Assembly: GCA_958009085.1 (NCBI GenBank)
Contig: OY253676.1
Location: 248,001 to 312,000, forward strand
Origin: Protoeuglena noctilucae
Taxonomy: Eukaryota
Direction of reading: 5' to 3'
DNA: 64,000 nucleotides
Part shown: piece by piece, positions 39,143-51,928 of the stretch
How positions within the stretch are numbered: the stretch's first letter is position 1
Layout: each line of letters begins with the position of its first letter
Made by a program: the position numbers and the translations under genes
Notes under the pieces: model-generated
Told to the model about the DNA's origin: nothing
Seen by the model: only the letters and a program-made list of their open reading frames with translations
Database searches by the model: none

Positions 39143-40711
39143 CTAGTCGTCCTCGTCCAGGTCCTTCTTGTTCTGCATCGACCACTCCTCCAGCTTCTTC
39201 CGCACGCCCTCCTCGTCCCCGCCCTCCCCCGCAAAGGCGTGCGGGTTGAGCTGCGAGCGGTGCCACACAAGGCGCACGTGAGATTCCCGCCTGCCCGCCC
39301 CCAGCCCCGCCCCCATCCCCGACAGCCAGGTCTCCTCTCCCCCCTCCCACTCCCGCGCTCGCCTGCGACGCCCGCTTCTCCACTTGCTCGCGGAAGTTGG
39401 CCACCGTCCCGTGCAGCTCGTTCTTCTCCACCGACGCGTCCTTGAACCACTCGTGCTTGAGCGCCTCCTCGGCGCTCAGGCGCTTGTCCGGGTCCGTCGT
39501 CAGCAGCTTGCGGATCAGGTCCTTGGCCGTCTCTGCGTTGCGCGCACAGGGCCACAGCGTCATCCAGCGCCCCGCCGGCCCGACTTGCCAGCACAACCCC
39601 TCCACCGTGCAGCAGCCGCGCCCCGCTTTGCGCCACGCACCCGACACCTTGCTCCACACCGGGTCGTCGAACGAGTACTGGCCGCGGCGGATCTTCATGA
39701 ACAGCCGAGGCTCGTGCTCGTCGTAGAAGGGCGGGTAGCCCCCGAGCAGGATGAAGAGGATCACGCCCGCCGACCACAGGTCCACCGTGAACGTGTACTT
39801 GTTGCCGGGGATGCCCAGGATGACCTCGGGGGCCACGTACTGGGGCGTGCCGCAGATGGTCTCCATCGTCGACTCCGCCGCCCGCTTGGCCAGCCCGAAG
39901 TCTGCGATCTTGACGGTCGCGATGTCCTCCTTGCGGTCCAGCAGCAGGTTCTCCAGCTTCAGGTCCCTGTGCGCGATCTTCTTGGTGTGCAGGTACGACA
40001 GGCCCTCCAGGAGCTTGTGGAAGCACAGGCGCGCGTCCGCCTCGCTGTAGTGGCCCTTCTCCAGCACCGCGTCCAGGAGCTCCCCGCCCGTCAGGAGCTC
40101 AGTGATCAGGTACACCTGCGCGGTCGCCAAAGCGGTGGCGGCGTGAGCGACCAGCTGTTCGACATGCATGGCTGCACGGGGCAGTCCGCAGCCTGCAGGC
40201 TGCGCGGCAGCACCTTGTTGTTCTCCTCGAAGTACTCCTTCAGGAACATCACGTTGGGGTGGTCGCACCGGGCCAGAATGTCAATCTCCTTCAGGATGTC
40301 CTCGCGCGAGCTGCAAGCATGTGGGCCGGCGGGCATGGAACGTACGTGCACGCCCCCAGGTTTTTGAGACTCAGCCACGCGACTGGAGAGGACGCAAGTC
40401 GGCGAGCGCGCGACGGCCACGCTGATGGGTCCGGGGACGGGACTGCCACGCACCTGATGGACGGGTCGGGCAGTGACATGATCTTGCACGCATACTGCTT
40501 GCCCGTGGAGCGCTCCACCGCGAGCTTCACGACGGAGAACCCTCCCGTCCCGAGCGTCTTGCCCAGCTTGTAGACATCACGCACCTGCGCGCAGGCCAGC
40601 ACACCATCTCTGGTGCTCCTCCCGCCAGCCGCGCCGCCACTCCGCGCCGTAGCACGCCGCCCGCCTCGTCACCTTCACGTCCGTGCGGAACTTGCCGTGC
40701 TCGTCCCCCAT
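39143..40711 (-). CDS. CaMK-group Ser/Thr kinase, copy 1 (9-aa in-frame deletion)
   Basis: GTGGFSVV, ACK, HRDLKLEN, DFG, CGTPQYVAPE, GYPPF; no EF-hands; lacks TKGKKANDP present in copy 2. Confidence 0.88.
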
Positions 40712-41585
40712 GGTGTCCGCGTCACGCAGTCCTAGATCTGCACAGACCAGGTGGGCAATGCTTCAGGCCGCCCGCGCGGCACCCGCGACGCCCCCCCGCT
40801 TGCGCGATGGACTGCTGCCATGCTAAGTTCGCCGCCATTCTTTGCGGAAGCCACGAAGACCGAGGCCCGACGCGGAGGGGGCGCCCGCCTCCCTGCGCAT
40901 CTCACCGCCACGCCTGGGCGTCGGAACGGATTCCTAGCGTCAGCGTCCCCTGGCCGCACTCCTGCGCGCAAACTGGAGGTGTCTTCAGTCTCCGGATCCC
41001 TCCACCCTGCTCGGAATGCGCGAATCGCAACAGCTGGCAGGCGCGCCAAGCGCGGCCATGACGCCCCGCGATCTGGGGCTCGCCACGGACCCCGCGTGTC
41101 CCCGCGCGTTCCGAAGCCGACATAAGGTCGACCGGCGCCGCGCGGAGCCTGGAACGGCCCGGGCCCGCGGCTGGCGAGGGAGAAACGGTCGGGCTGGCCC
41201 GTGGGCCCGGCGCGGCGGCCAGCGGGGGCCAGACCACGTGCCATTGGATGGAAAATGTGACAAAAAGAACTCCAACCAGGCTGTGCCACCTATTGAGCGT
41301 GGCAAAGTCGCCCAACTCATTCGCATGCCCTTCCCCGCGTACAGGCGGACGCTGGGAGGCACACGACGGCAAGAGTGCCTTCACAAGGCATCGGCAAAGA
41401 CGGTCGTAAGGACCAGGGACTTTGGCACCTGCGCACCTGGATGCTGCTCCAATCCCGGCGCTGATTGGGGCCGCTTCAGATCCACGGCGCTATCCGTGAA
41501 CAGGATCTGATCGCCGGCGGGCCAGGGCGGCCGTGATCGCAAACGTCAAAGGGTAAATGTACTCGAGTCAGGTCAAAAGGGCATT

Positions 41586-41785
41586 NNNNNNNNNNNNNNN
41601 NNNNNNNNNNNNNNNNNNNNNNNNNNNNNNNNNNNNNNNNNNNNNNNNNNNNNNNNNNNNNNNNNNNNNNNNNNNNNNNNNNNNNNNNNNNNNNNNNNNN
41701 NNNNNNNNNNNNNNNNNNNNNNNNNNNNNNNNNNNNNNNNNNNNNNNNNNNNNNNNNNNNNNNNNNNNNNNNNNNNNNNNNNNNN
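41586..41785. other. Assembly gap (200 N)
   Basis: Run of N between the inverted arms. Confidence 0.99.
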
Positions 41786-41953
41786 GCTACAGGTGACTCA
41801 GCTACCGGCCCAGGGGCCTTGCGCACGGCATGAGGGTCGCTACAGCACTTTCGCATGAATCTCTCTTATGCTGGTGGCGCCGTCCTTGGATCTTTTGGCG
41901 AGAGAAGAAGCGCCATGCCAGGCCATGCGGGGACGGCACCTGGACCCCACCCG

Positions 41954-42083
41954 GCAGCTCCGGGTCTGTCCAGAGAGTTTTTGGAGTTGCACTTGGGCGC
42001 CTTAGCCCCCGCTGGCCGCAGCTCCGGGTCTGTCCAGAGAGTTTTTGGAGTTGCACTTGGGCGCCTTAGCCCCCGCTGGCCGC
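41954..42083 (+). repeat. Exact 64-bp tandem duplication
   Basis: gcagctccgggtctgtccagagagtttttggagttgcacttgggcgccttagcccccgctggcc starts at 41954 and again at 42018. Confidence 0.93.
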
Positions 42084-42586
42084 CGCGCCGGGCCCACGGG
42101 CCAGCCCGACCGTTTCTCCCTCGCCAGCCGCGGGCCCGGGCCGTTCCAGGCTCCGCGCGGCGCCGGTCGACCTTATGTCGGCTTCGGAACGCGCGGGGAC
42201 ACGCGGGGTCCGTGGCGAGCCCCAGATCGCGGGGCGTCATGGCCGCGCTTGGCGCGCCTGCCAGCTGTTGCGATTCGCGCATTCCGAGCAGGGTGGAGGG
42301 ATCCGGAGACTGAAGACACCTCCAGTTTGCGCGCAGGAGTGCGGCCAGGGGACGCTGACGCTAGGAATCCGTTCCGACGCCCAGGCGTGGCGGTGAGATG
42401 CGCAGGGAGGCGGGCGCCCCCTCCGCGTCGGGCCTCGGTCTTCGTGGCTTCCGCAAAGAATGGCGGCGAACTTAGCATGGCAGCAGTCCATCGCGCAAGC
42501 GGGGGGGCGTCGCGGGTGCCGCGCGGGCGGCCTGAAGCATTGCCCACCTGGTCTGTGCAGATCTAGGACTGCGTGACGCGGACACC

Positions 42587-44182
42587 ATGGGGGACGAGCA
42601 CGGCAAGTTCCGCACGGACGTGAAGGTGACGAGGCGGGCGGCGTGCTACGGCGCGGAGTGGCGGCGCGGCTGGCGGGAGGAGCACCAGAGATGGTGTGCT
42701 GGCCTGCGCGCAGGTGCGTGATGTCTACAAGCTGGGCAAGACGCTCGGGACGGGAGGGTTCTCCGTCGTGAAGCTCGCGGTGGAGCGCTCCTCGGGCAAG
42801 CAGTATGCGTGCAAGATCATGTCACTGCCCGACCCGACCAAGGGGAAGAAGGCTAACGACCCGTCCATCAGGTGCGTGGCAGTCCCGTCCCCGGACCCAT
42901 CAGCGTGGCCGTCGCGCGCTCGCCGACTTGCGTCCTCTCCAGTCGCGTGGCTGAGTCTCAAAAACCTGGGGGCGTGCACGTACGTTCCATGCCCGCCGGC
43001 CCACATGCTTGCAGCTCGCGCGAGGACATCCTGAAGGAGATTGACATTCTGGCCCGGTGCGACCACCCCAACGTGATGTTCCTGAAGGAGTACTTCGAGG
43101 AGAACAACAAGGTGCTGCCGCGCAGCCTGCAGGCTGCGGACTGCCCCGTGCAGCCATGCATGTCGAACAGCTGGTCGCTCACGCCGCCACCGCTTTGGCG
43201 ACCGCGCAGGTGTACCTGATCACTGAGCTCCTGACGGGCGGGGAGCTCCTGGACGCGGTGCTGGAGAAGGGCCACTACAGCGAGGCGGACGCGCGCCTGT
43301 GCTTCCACAAGCTCCTGGAGGGCCTGTCGTACCTGCACACCAAGAAGATCGCGCACAGGGACCTGAAGCTGGAGAACCTGCTGCTGGACCGCAAGGAGGA
43401 CATCGCGACCGTCAAGATCGCAGACTTCGGGCTGGCCAAGCGGGCGGCGGAGTCGACGATGGAGACCATCTGCGGCACGCCCCAGTACGTGGCCCCCGAG
43501 GTCATCCTGGGCATCCCCGGCAACAAGTACACGTTCACGGTGGACCTGTGGTCGGCGGGCGTGATCCTCTTCATCCTGCTCGGGGGCTACCCGCCCTTCT
43601 ACGACGAGCACGAGCCTCGGCTGTTCATGAAGATCCGCCGCGGCCAGTACTCGTTCGACGACCCGGTGTGGAGCAAGGTGTCGGGTGCGTGGCGCAAAGC
43701 GGGGCGCGGCTGCTGCACGGTGGAGGGGTTGTGCTGGCAAGTCGGGCCGGCGGGGCGCTGGATGACGCTGTGGCCCTGTGCGCGCAACGCAGAGACGGCC
43801 AAGGACCTGATCCGCAAGCTGCTGACGACGGACCCGGACAAGCGCCTGAGCGCCGAGGAGGCGCTCAAGCACGAGTGGTTCAAGGACGCGTCGGTGGAGA
43901 AGAACGAGCTGCACGGGACGATGGCCAACTTCCGCGAGCAAGTGGAGAAGCGGGCGTCGCAGGCGAGCGCGGGAGTGGGAGGGGGGAGAGGAGACCTGGC
44001 TGTCGGGGATGGGGGCGGGGCTGGGGGCGGGCAGGCGGGAATCTCACGTGCGCCTTGTGTGGCACCGCTCGCAGCTCAACCCGCACGCCTTTGCGGGGGA
44101 GGGCGGGGACGAGGAGGGCGTGCGGAAGAAGCTGGAGGAGTGGTCGATGCAGAACAAGAAGGACCTGGACGAGGACGACTAG
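42587..44182 (+). CDS. CaMK-group Ser/Thr kinase, copy 2
   Basis: MGDEHGKFRTDVK|VRDVYKLGKTLGTGGF... to ...KDLDEDD*; all catalytic motifs intact; last intron GC-AG (43963-44074). Confidence 0.9.
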
Positions 44183-44345
44183 GCATGCTGACAAAGGGCG
44201 CGATGCGTCGTTATAGGCCAGTCGTTTGAGGTGCAGCGCTAAGGCACAGGAAAGTGTTGTTTGTCCTTTTAAAGCGTCGCCCATCAATCTGTCGGAATGT
44301 CTACCTCACAATGCGGCTTCCAGTCACTAACGGTCAGCTCATGTT

Positions 44346-47300
44346 CTAGGCAGGCCTGCCTTCCTCCTCCCTTGCGACTCTGCCGCTCCCCTCTGCGCCC
44401 CCGGCTACTCCGCCCCTGCCCTCGTCAATGCTCCCGGAATCCCTCTCAGCCTCTGACGCGTGGCCTCGCCCCTCTGCACCTCCGTTGGCCCTCAGCACGT
44501 CCCCGTTCCCATCAACCGCGTGGCCGCCCTCATCGCGAGGCCCCGCCAATTGCACGCCATTCTCTCCAGGGACGTGATGATCGTCGTCGCGCGCCACCAT
44601 GCGCCGCAGCACCCGCTCCACTGCCCTATGAAGCACGCCTCGCGCCACGTTGGCTTGCCGCACACCCCGCGCCAGCATCACCGCCAACACCACTGTCAGG
44701 AGCGCCAGCAGCGTCAGGACCAAGTCCTGAGTCGAGGCATCCCTGCGTGCATCGCCGGGCGCGAGGGATGTCATCCCTGGATGGCTTCATACACCGACGA
44801 CGACAGCCGCCGCCCTTCGGCCTCCCCGACCCACCTGAGCCCCCCCAGGCCCCCCTGAGCCAGGGCAAGCCCCACGCGCCCGATCGCGCGCACGACCTCC
44901 AGCGCCACCCTCACACGGGCTTCTAGACGACCCGGGAGCTCCCGCAATCCACGAGCTATTAGGGCCCCCGCCTCCATCAGCGCCCCGGGGAGCGACAGAG
45001 GAACGTGCACCACCCCCCCGCCCTCTCCCTGCCACCACCCGGCCTCCTCCACTGCCTCCGACACGTCCCACACGCCCTCCACCGGCGAGCGGCTCGAGCC
45101 GACGAGAAGAGCGCTAACCAGCCTCCCGTGCAGGCTTGCCAGAGGTGCGCCCAGGAGGCTCTTGGGCCCCCCAGCGGCGACGGAGGCCCTCGCCACGGCA
45201 ATGGCAGCCGACGCGATGCCCACCGCCAGCCACGACCCACCACGCAACGCCAGCGCCCTCGAAAGTCGCTCCTCTGCTCGGTGCAGGTCCAGCGGCAGGC
45301 CCAGCCCCGACAGGTGGGCCACTGCCAAATTGTACTCCGCCTCTGCGTTGCCCAGTTGCGCCACAGCGTGCCTGCGGACGACGGGACATGGGACAGCCTT
45401 AGCACGGCCCTGCTCGTGGCAACCCGCACCGCCCGTCACCCAGCCACCTGGCCGCGCCCTCACCACAGCCGGACTGCCTGTTCGGGCGAGCCGCCCCCTG
45501 GCGCCCGCCCGGAGAAGTGAAGCTGTGCCAGGTCCAGTGCGGCACCACCCTGCCCCGCTTCCGCAGCCAGGTGCAGCAGTGCGCCCCGCACCGCGTCCAC
45601 GCGTTCGCGCCCACCCCCGAGCACGGCCTCCGCCTGCGCGGGCTTCTCTCTCATGATCCACGCTGCGTTGACTGCAGCCGTCCCATAGCCCAGGTCGGCC
45701 CCCCGCAAGAAGAGCACGAGGGCCGCCCTGGGGTTGCCCTCCAAGTACGCATCCATGCCCCATCGCTGCACCCACGTCCACGGGCCGTTCACCGCCGCCC
45801 CACGCGCCAGCGCCGCACCGCGCCGGCAGTTCCTCGGCACGTGCTCTCCCAGGTAGTAAAGCTCGCCCAACTCCGTCCTGCGAGGGTGCAGGGACACAGG
45901 GTGCAATAAAGCTCCCCAAAGGACCTCGGCGCTCTGCTTCTTCTGACAACCTTTGCCAGGTGTTCTCATTCTTTCCTGTTCGCCGACGGCGCACCCAACC
46001 GAGCCCCAGCAACGCACCTGGCCCCCATCGCCCCCCGGGCCGCTGCCGCCTCGTACCACCGCACGGCCTGGGTCATGTCCTCAGGCCCCATCCAGCCATT
46101 GCGATAGCAGACGGCAAGATTGCCCATCGCTTTCACGTCCCCTGCGGTCACCTCTTCATCCAGCAGATCGCAACACCCACCACCCGGCAACAAACCATAC
46201 GATGCCCCGTGCCCAGTGAAATCACCTCTTTCGGCGCCGACTTGGAAGTATTCGCACGCAAGCGTCCTATTGGCCGGCTGGTCGGGGAAACCCTCGGTCC
46301 AAAGGTACCCCAGGTGGGCGGGGGCAGCCGGGTGGCCCCTGGCTATCGCAGCCTCCAGGAGATTGCGGGCGCGGACGGTGTCCTGCGGCACGCCCAGCCC
46401 TTTCGCGTGCACGGTGCCCAGCAAGTACTGCGCCTGCGCGTGGCCCTGATCTGCCGCAAGGCGCAAGTTCCTGCGCGTCGGCGGAGGCGGCATGATCACG
46501 TCCGCCCCTGCCCAGCATGCGCATGCAAGTGAGCGCGGCTTGTTCCACGCACCGCTCCGCTACTGCGTAGTCCATAGGGAAGCCCTCCAGGCCGAACAGG
46601 TAATGGTAGCCCATGCTGGTGAGGGCGTCCGCGTTGCCCGCCTCCGCGAGCACCTCGGTCAGCCGCGCCCGGTCGTTCTTGACGCCGCGCTCGCCCATGG
46701 TATGCCGCGGCGCAAGGCCAGGCCCGCGGCCCCCCTCCGCGCCCAGCATGTCAAACTCCGCCTCTTGGGGCACCGCCTCCGCCAGTCGGAGCGCTTCCCT
46801 GCCTGCCCCCACAAAGTGCTGCGCCGCCTCGCAGTGCGTCCCGTGGCCTTGCGCAAACCGGGTCCCCAGGGCCAGGGCACTCGGCACGTAGCCACCGTCG
46901 TGGGCCGCCGTGTGCAGGAGCATCGCCGCAGCGCCATCTGGGGACGTGCCCAAGCCAAACTCGTACATCGTCGCCAGCCAACTGCGGGAGGGGAGAAGGG
47001 GCGCGATGCGTGCGCCCTGTCCGCCTAGCAACCATCGGCTGCCAAAGTCGCGACCGCGGAACGTGATCTGGGCTCGACTTGGCAAATGTCCCAGCGCTGC
47101 CGGCTGGGAGCGGCACGCACCTCTGGCACTCGCTAATGCCCTCTGCTGCACACTCGCTCATGAGATCGAAGGCCGCTTTTGGATCTGGGGACGCCCCCAC
47201 ACCAAATAGGGGCTGCAGCGCACGCAACAACCACGCCCTGGACCGGCTGAGAGGCCCCGTCGCTTCACCCGCAGCCATGGCAGCCAGCTCCGAAGCCCGG

Positions 47301-47610
47301 AACTCGCCAGCCGTGACCACGGGGCTCGCCCACTGGCCGGCGTATGCCTCGGCGCTGTTCTCCCCGGCCTGCTCGACCTTCTCGCTGTCCTGCGCGCAGA
47401 AGCCTGGCAATAGCGTTCACAAAGGAAGCGCAGCTTGGATATCAAGCATCGTGCATCGTGCCTCTCGCGGGCCGGACGCCTAGGAGCGCATGTTGGAAGC
47501 GTGAGATCCCTGCGCCGTTTCCCGGCACCCACCTGAGCAGCGCACGAGAGGCATCCTGAGGTCAAGAGGAGCGCGGCGACGGCCGCGGCTCGGACGGCGT
47601 GCCTGCACAT
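44346..47610 (-). CDS. HRD3: SEL1-repeat ERAD component HRD3/SEL1L-like
   Basis: Signal peptide MCRHAVRAAAVAALLL, many Sel1 repeats (AQYLLGTVHAKGLGVPQD, GNAEAEYNLAVAHLSGLG), AYLEGNPRAALVLFLRGADLGYGTAAVNAAWI, and C-terminal TM DLVLTLLALLTVVLAVML. Confidence 0.75.
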
Positions 47611-48046
47611 CGCCCCACCCCTCCCCTTCTGCCCAGCATAAAGCTCTTGCGCGCCGCGTCTCGCGCGAGCGAGAGCGCCACGTCGGTGGAATCTGATCGA
47701 AACAAGGACAGCACTGCAGCAGCAAATGGCTGCGTTCTGCTTGTGAAGACTTCGTGCTGCCTCTGCTAGGCGTGGCGCAAGGCCCTCTGCTGAACTAGAC
47801 GCTGCAACTGTACCACTCGCCGGTTCACGGAGCGCCGGATAGTCGAAATCCTGCTCTGCCGCGATACCACTCGCCAGCAGAGGTCTGAGGCGGCAGCTGC
47901 GCCGCCAGTGACTTCGCGCTGTGCCAGACCTTCCAGACGAAATTACCAATTCCTTTCAAAGTCTGCCGAGACTCGGCGCAGCGAACGAACACAAACCTGC
48001 AGGGGGGCATGGACACCGAGCAAACCCAGTACAGAGCAAACACCCA

Positions 48047-49197
48047 TCACTGCAAGGCTGCCGCCTCGAGCGCCTTCTTGGCGTGCGTGATGCGGGACTT
48101 CCTCCGCGCCGCCGTGTTCTTGTGGATCACCCCCTTGGACACAGCCTTGTCGATCTCGGAGAAGGCCTCGGAGAGCAGCGTCTCAACCTTGTCGAGCTGC
48201 AGTGGAAGAAGCAGAAGCTGTTCTTTACGCCTGCCGTTGCCCAAGAGGCCGAAGCAAGGAGGTCAACGACGCGAGAATAAGACAAGAGCGGATGGGACGC
48301 ACGCAGCAGATACTGAGGTCAGCCGCTGGGACTCACTGGCTCGCTGGCTGCGCAGGCCGACAGGACCTTCTTCACCCGCGTCGCCACCGCCGACTTGCGC
48401 GCCTGTGCATGCCACACCGGGTACCTCGATCAACATGCAGTCCGCCAGGCTCGCGAGCCCGCTGCCAACCTCGGCCGCGTGGGGCGAGGCCGGGCCACGA
48501 GCATGCTGGTGGTGGGCAGGCTCCACGCCGAAGCCGACTGCCGCGCCACACGCCGCGGTGCATGGAACGCAAGCCTCTCACCCGGTTGTACAGCCGTGCC
48601 GCCTCGCTGACCCGCTGGCGCTTGAGCACGGAGAGCTTCCTCGTGACCTTCCCCGCCGCCATCACCACCACAGACGTGCGCCCGACGCTCGGCGCGCACG
48701 ACGGCCCTGCAACGACGAGGCTCATGTCAGTCGACGGGGCGCCAGGCGAGCCTCCCAGCGGGGCCCGGCGAGTGGTGGCGGATGAAGACCGCGGCTAGAC
48801 CCGTCACGACCCGGCCCGAGGTTCCGTGGACAGCTGCCACGAAAGAGCTTCTACCGAAACGCCTGGGCCGCCGAAACAGCGCCCGGGACGGCCCAGGGAG
48901 GCCAAGCAAGGCATATCCGTCGTCGCGGCGCAACAGAGGAGGCCGATAGACGAGGTGGGGCAGCCCGGCTCTTCGCGACAAAACCAGCAGTTGCTTGGAG
49001 GGAACAGGGCCCGATTGTTTGCGGCCACGACGCCGGTCACAGCTCTGGAAACGGCGTGCGACGGCCATGGAGGGCCAGCGCTGATGATTCTCAAAGGGAA
49101 CCCTTAATAGATCCTCACCCGCGACAGCCTGCCCGCGGAACGCCGACGTGGACGCCCCCACGCTCAGGCGGCCCATGGCCGAGCACAGCGAGTTCAT
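48047..49197 (-). CDS. rpsT: Plastid 30S ribosomal protein S20
   Basis: Transit peptide MNSLCSAMGRLSV..., KRQRVSEAARLYNR|ARKSAVATRVKK, SEIDKAVSKGVIHKNTAARRKSR. Confidence 0.92.
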
Positions 49198-49438
49198 GGC
49201 GACCCGTTCGTCGTGACCCCCGAAGCAACTAATGAGCGCAGGAAAGGAAGGGGGCGGCGCCGCTTCGGTCGCGACCAAACCCCATCTCGCCAGTAAACGG
49301 ACCCCTGACGCTTGTGAAACTCGGCCGCTCCTGGTGCCGGCGCCATGTGCCGCAGCAAAAGTTAATCTCACTCGATCGCATAGGCCATTGTTGACCTTGT
49401 TTCGCGCGCGAGTACTGTCCTGGCCTGGAAACACGCCG

Positions 49439-50776
49439 ATGCAAGCTGCCTGCGTTGCCGCGCCCGTGCAGGGGCTGCGCACAGGGATCGTCTCCCGGAA
49501 TGCGGCTCTGTCGCACCCTGGTCCGGGCGTCTCGTCCCTGGGGCTCTCCAGGTGGGGTGCACGAAATCCACTCCAATCGCTCGCTCGCGAAGCGGGCTCG
49601 CTGCCCTCTCTCGCTCGCCTTCCCCATGACCGCCACGATCCTGTTCACGTTCGCTGCCGATGCACCTGATGTTGGCTGGGTGACCACCATCCGCCCAGGT
49701 CTCACGGCACGCCTGCGACGTGCCCAGCTCCCGTCCGGGGTGCGAAGATGACGGTGGTGCGCGCCGCGTCGACCGAGACGCAGACGGATGCGCAGGGGTA
49801 TCTGGTCGACACCGATGGCGCTCTGGCCAAGGTGAGCTCAACCTAGCACACGAACGCATGGGGCCGTGGTCCCCCCCTCCCACCGTGGCAGCCCTCCTGC
49901 TTTCCTGCAGCTTTCTCTGGCGTCCTTTGTCCTGCCCATCGGCTCCGTGTTGCTCGGCTACGGCTTCGGGTGAGGACTGACGTAGCTGAGGCGGGATGTC
50001 AGCGCCCCTCAACCACTGTCCAGTGATTGCGCTGCACAGTCCTTCCTTCACACCCTGTGCTGCCCCGCGCAGGGCGTACTTCAACATCGTTCCCGGTCAG
50101 GACGTGGCTTCCCTGCTCCTCGTCTACGGCTTCCCGGCCACGGTGCTGGGCTTTGCACTGAAGTACGCAGAACTGAAGCCCGTGACCCTGCGGTCCACAC
50201 CCGAGGCGAGGGCATGGCGTGGAGAGGCTGCAGCGCTGCGTATGTACAGTTTGTGCTCTGGTGATGATGCTGGGATGGTGCTGGACACAAGTACAAGGTC
50301 CTCTTGCGCAGGCGGTGAAGTTGCGCGAGAGCCAGGCGACAGAGATCCAAACGCAAGTGCGCAACGACTGCTGCCGGTACCGGTACGGGGACGAGCAGCA
50401 CCTGGACGAGGCTTTGGGGCGTGTCTTCTTGTTCAACCGGCCCCAGGGCATCCCCCGGCGGATGTCCCCGACGCTCGTTGGGCTGCGGTGCGTGCTGGCG
50501 GCACGCCCTGCGCTTGGATGGCCTCGTGTGCTGTTGGAGAACCCCGCGGCCTGATCCACGCTGCGCAGGGAGGAGGTCCGCGAAGGCAAGTACACGCTTG
50601 TGATGGAGTTCGAGTCAAAGAAGGAACTGACGGAGGAGCAGTGGCGCGAGCGGCAGGGGAAGTTCCAGTCCTTCTTTGGGCCTGGCATCGAGGCGGCAAT
50701 GGAGAAGACGCCGGTTGGCATGGATGTCGCGCTCGTGTGCGACGGCTCGGGCCTGGGGAGGCCCAAGGCCAAGTGA
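49439..50776 (+). CDS. APE1: Thylakoid protein APE1 / DUF2854
   Basis: Transit-like start, YGFG|AYFNIVPG..LLLVYGFPATVLGFALKYAELKP, RESQATEIQTQVRND, RYRYGDEQHLDEAL, KFQSFFGPGI. Confidence 0.85.
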
Positions 50777-50875
50777 ACCCAAAGTAGGGTCGACCGCCCT
50801 TCAATTGTACGCGACGCCCTAGCGCACCAAACCCCGTGGGTCCCCGCTGCCCCGCAAGCAGTCTCGTCGGCCGCG

Positions 50876-51928
50876 CTAGAACGTGGTGCCCTCCGGAGGC
50901 TGTGCGAGCTTGCGGTTTGCCGGTGATGCCATTTCCTTGCGAAGGTCCTTGAGCACTGACTCGAGCGTGCTAGCTTGGTTCCAGTGGCCCAACGGCGCGA
51001 ACATGCGCGGCTCAACCTTGCCATTGGAGCTGTTGACGCAACCTGTGGACAGGGGAGGGCAGGGGTCAGAGCTGGGCAGAGCTAGCCACGCCCCCAGCTG
51101 CACACCTGCATCGCACCGCGTCCCATACGCACCCATGTTGACCCGCGTGACGAAGTAGATCTCGGGCGGACTCTTGGGGTAGTTGTCCCCGCAAAAGATT
51201 CGGAGGGTATAGATGCGTGCGTCGTGGATCGTGCCAGGAGGACCTGCGGGGGGAGAATGCAGACAGCCATTGGCGCAGGCCGTCGCGCGGACACCACCGC
51301 AGCCTCTTCGATCGCAGCTCTCACCGATGATGGACCCGTTCCAGTGCCGCATCATGTTGTCGTCATTGTTGTCCAGCCCGTACGACACGGTGCCGTCCCC
51401 AATGCCCTTCTCCCCCTTCTCCAGCTCGTCCAACAGGCGGAAGTTGCGGAGCACTGCGCAGAGTCGGTTCGCAGTGGTCAGCGTCACGGGGCGATGCACC
51501 GGCGCAGGTGGGTGCCAAACCAAGCCGCGCGAGGGGCGCCGGTGCTTGTCCCTCTCGCTAGGCACGCCTCGGCCGCCCCGAGGGACCGCCTCCGAGTCCG
51601 CGCATCAAAGCCACAAGCGAACTACATTCCCCGTCAGTTATGGTACACGGGGTCGCGCCGCGCGCCCGACAGGCCACGCGTCGGTCTGTGTGTCTGCTGG
51701 GGGCGAGCCCCGCAATTGCCCGATGGCATTGCGTGGGAAATCTGTCAAGGGCCCCTCCTAGTCTGCTGTAGCGGGGCACGGCAGCCTCGAAAAGCCAGCC
51801 CTGGCGAACCACGGCCCCGGCAGGGACGCCCCTCGGGTGTGCCAAGGGCCCACAATGCGTCGCAGGGCGCTGAGCACCGGCATGCCTGTCCATCGCCGCG
51901 ACCTCTCACCCTCCACAGGCCCTGCCAT
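50876..51928 (-). CDS. UEV1: Ubiquitin E2 variant UEV1/MMS2
   Basis: RNFRLLDELEKGEKGIGDGTVSYGL...WNGSIIGPPGT...RKLAQPPEGTTF; short first exon MAGPVE. Confidence 0.93.

Larger units (their letters stand above)
39118..44207. repeat. Inverted duplication, arms 39118-41229 and 42069-44207
   Basis: Arms are reverse complements apart from one 27-nt indel and two substitutions that I spotted; each holds a full kinase gene. Confidence 0.93.

Noticed and set aside
41954..42083. CRISPR-like repeat
   Set aside because: Two directly adjacent copies with no spacers and no cas genes, in a eukaryotic context.
39118..44207. DNA transposon with long terminal inverted repeats
   Set aside because: The arms are an intron-containing host kinase gene; no transposase is visible and I see no target-site duplication. 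Gap content is unknown.
50876..51460. E2 enzyme lacking the catalytic Cys
   Set aside because: This is normal for UEV1/MMS2.
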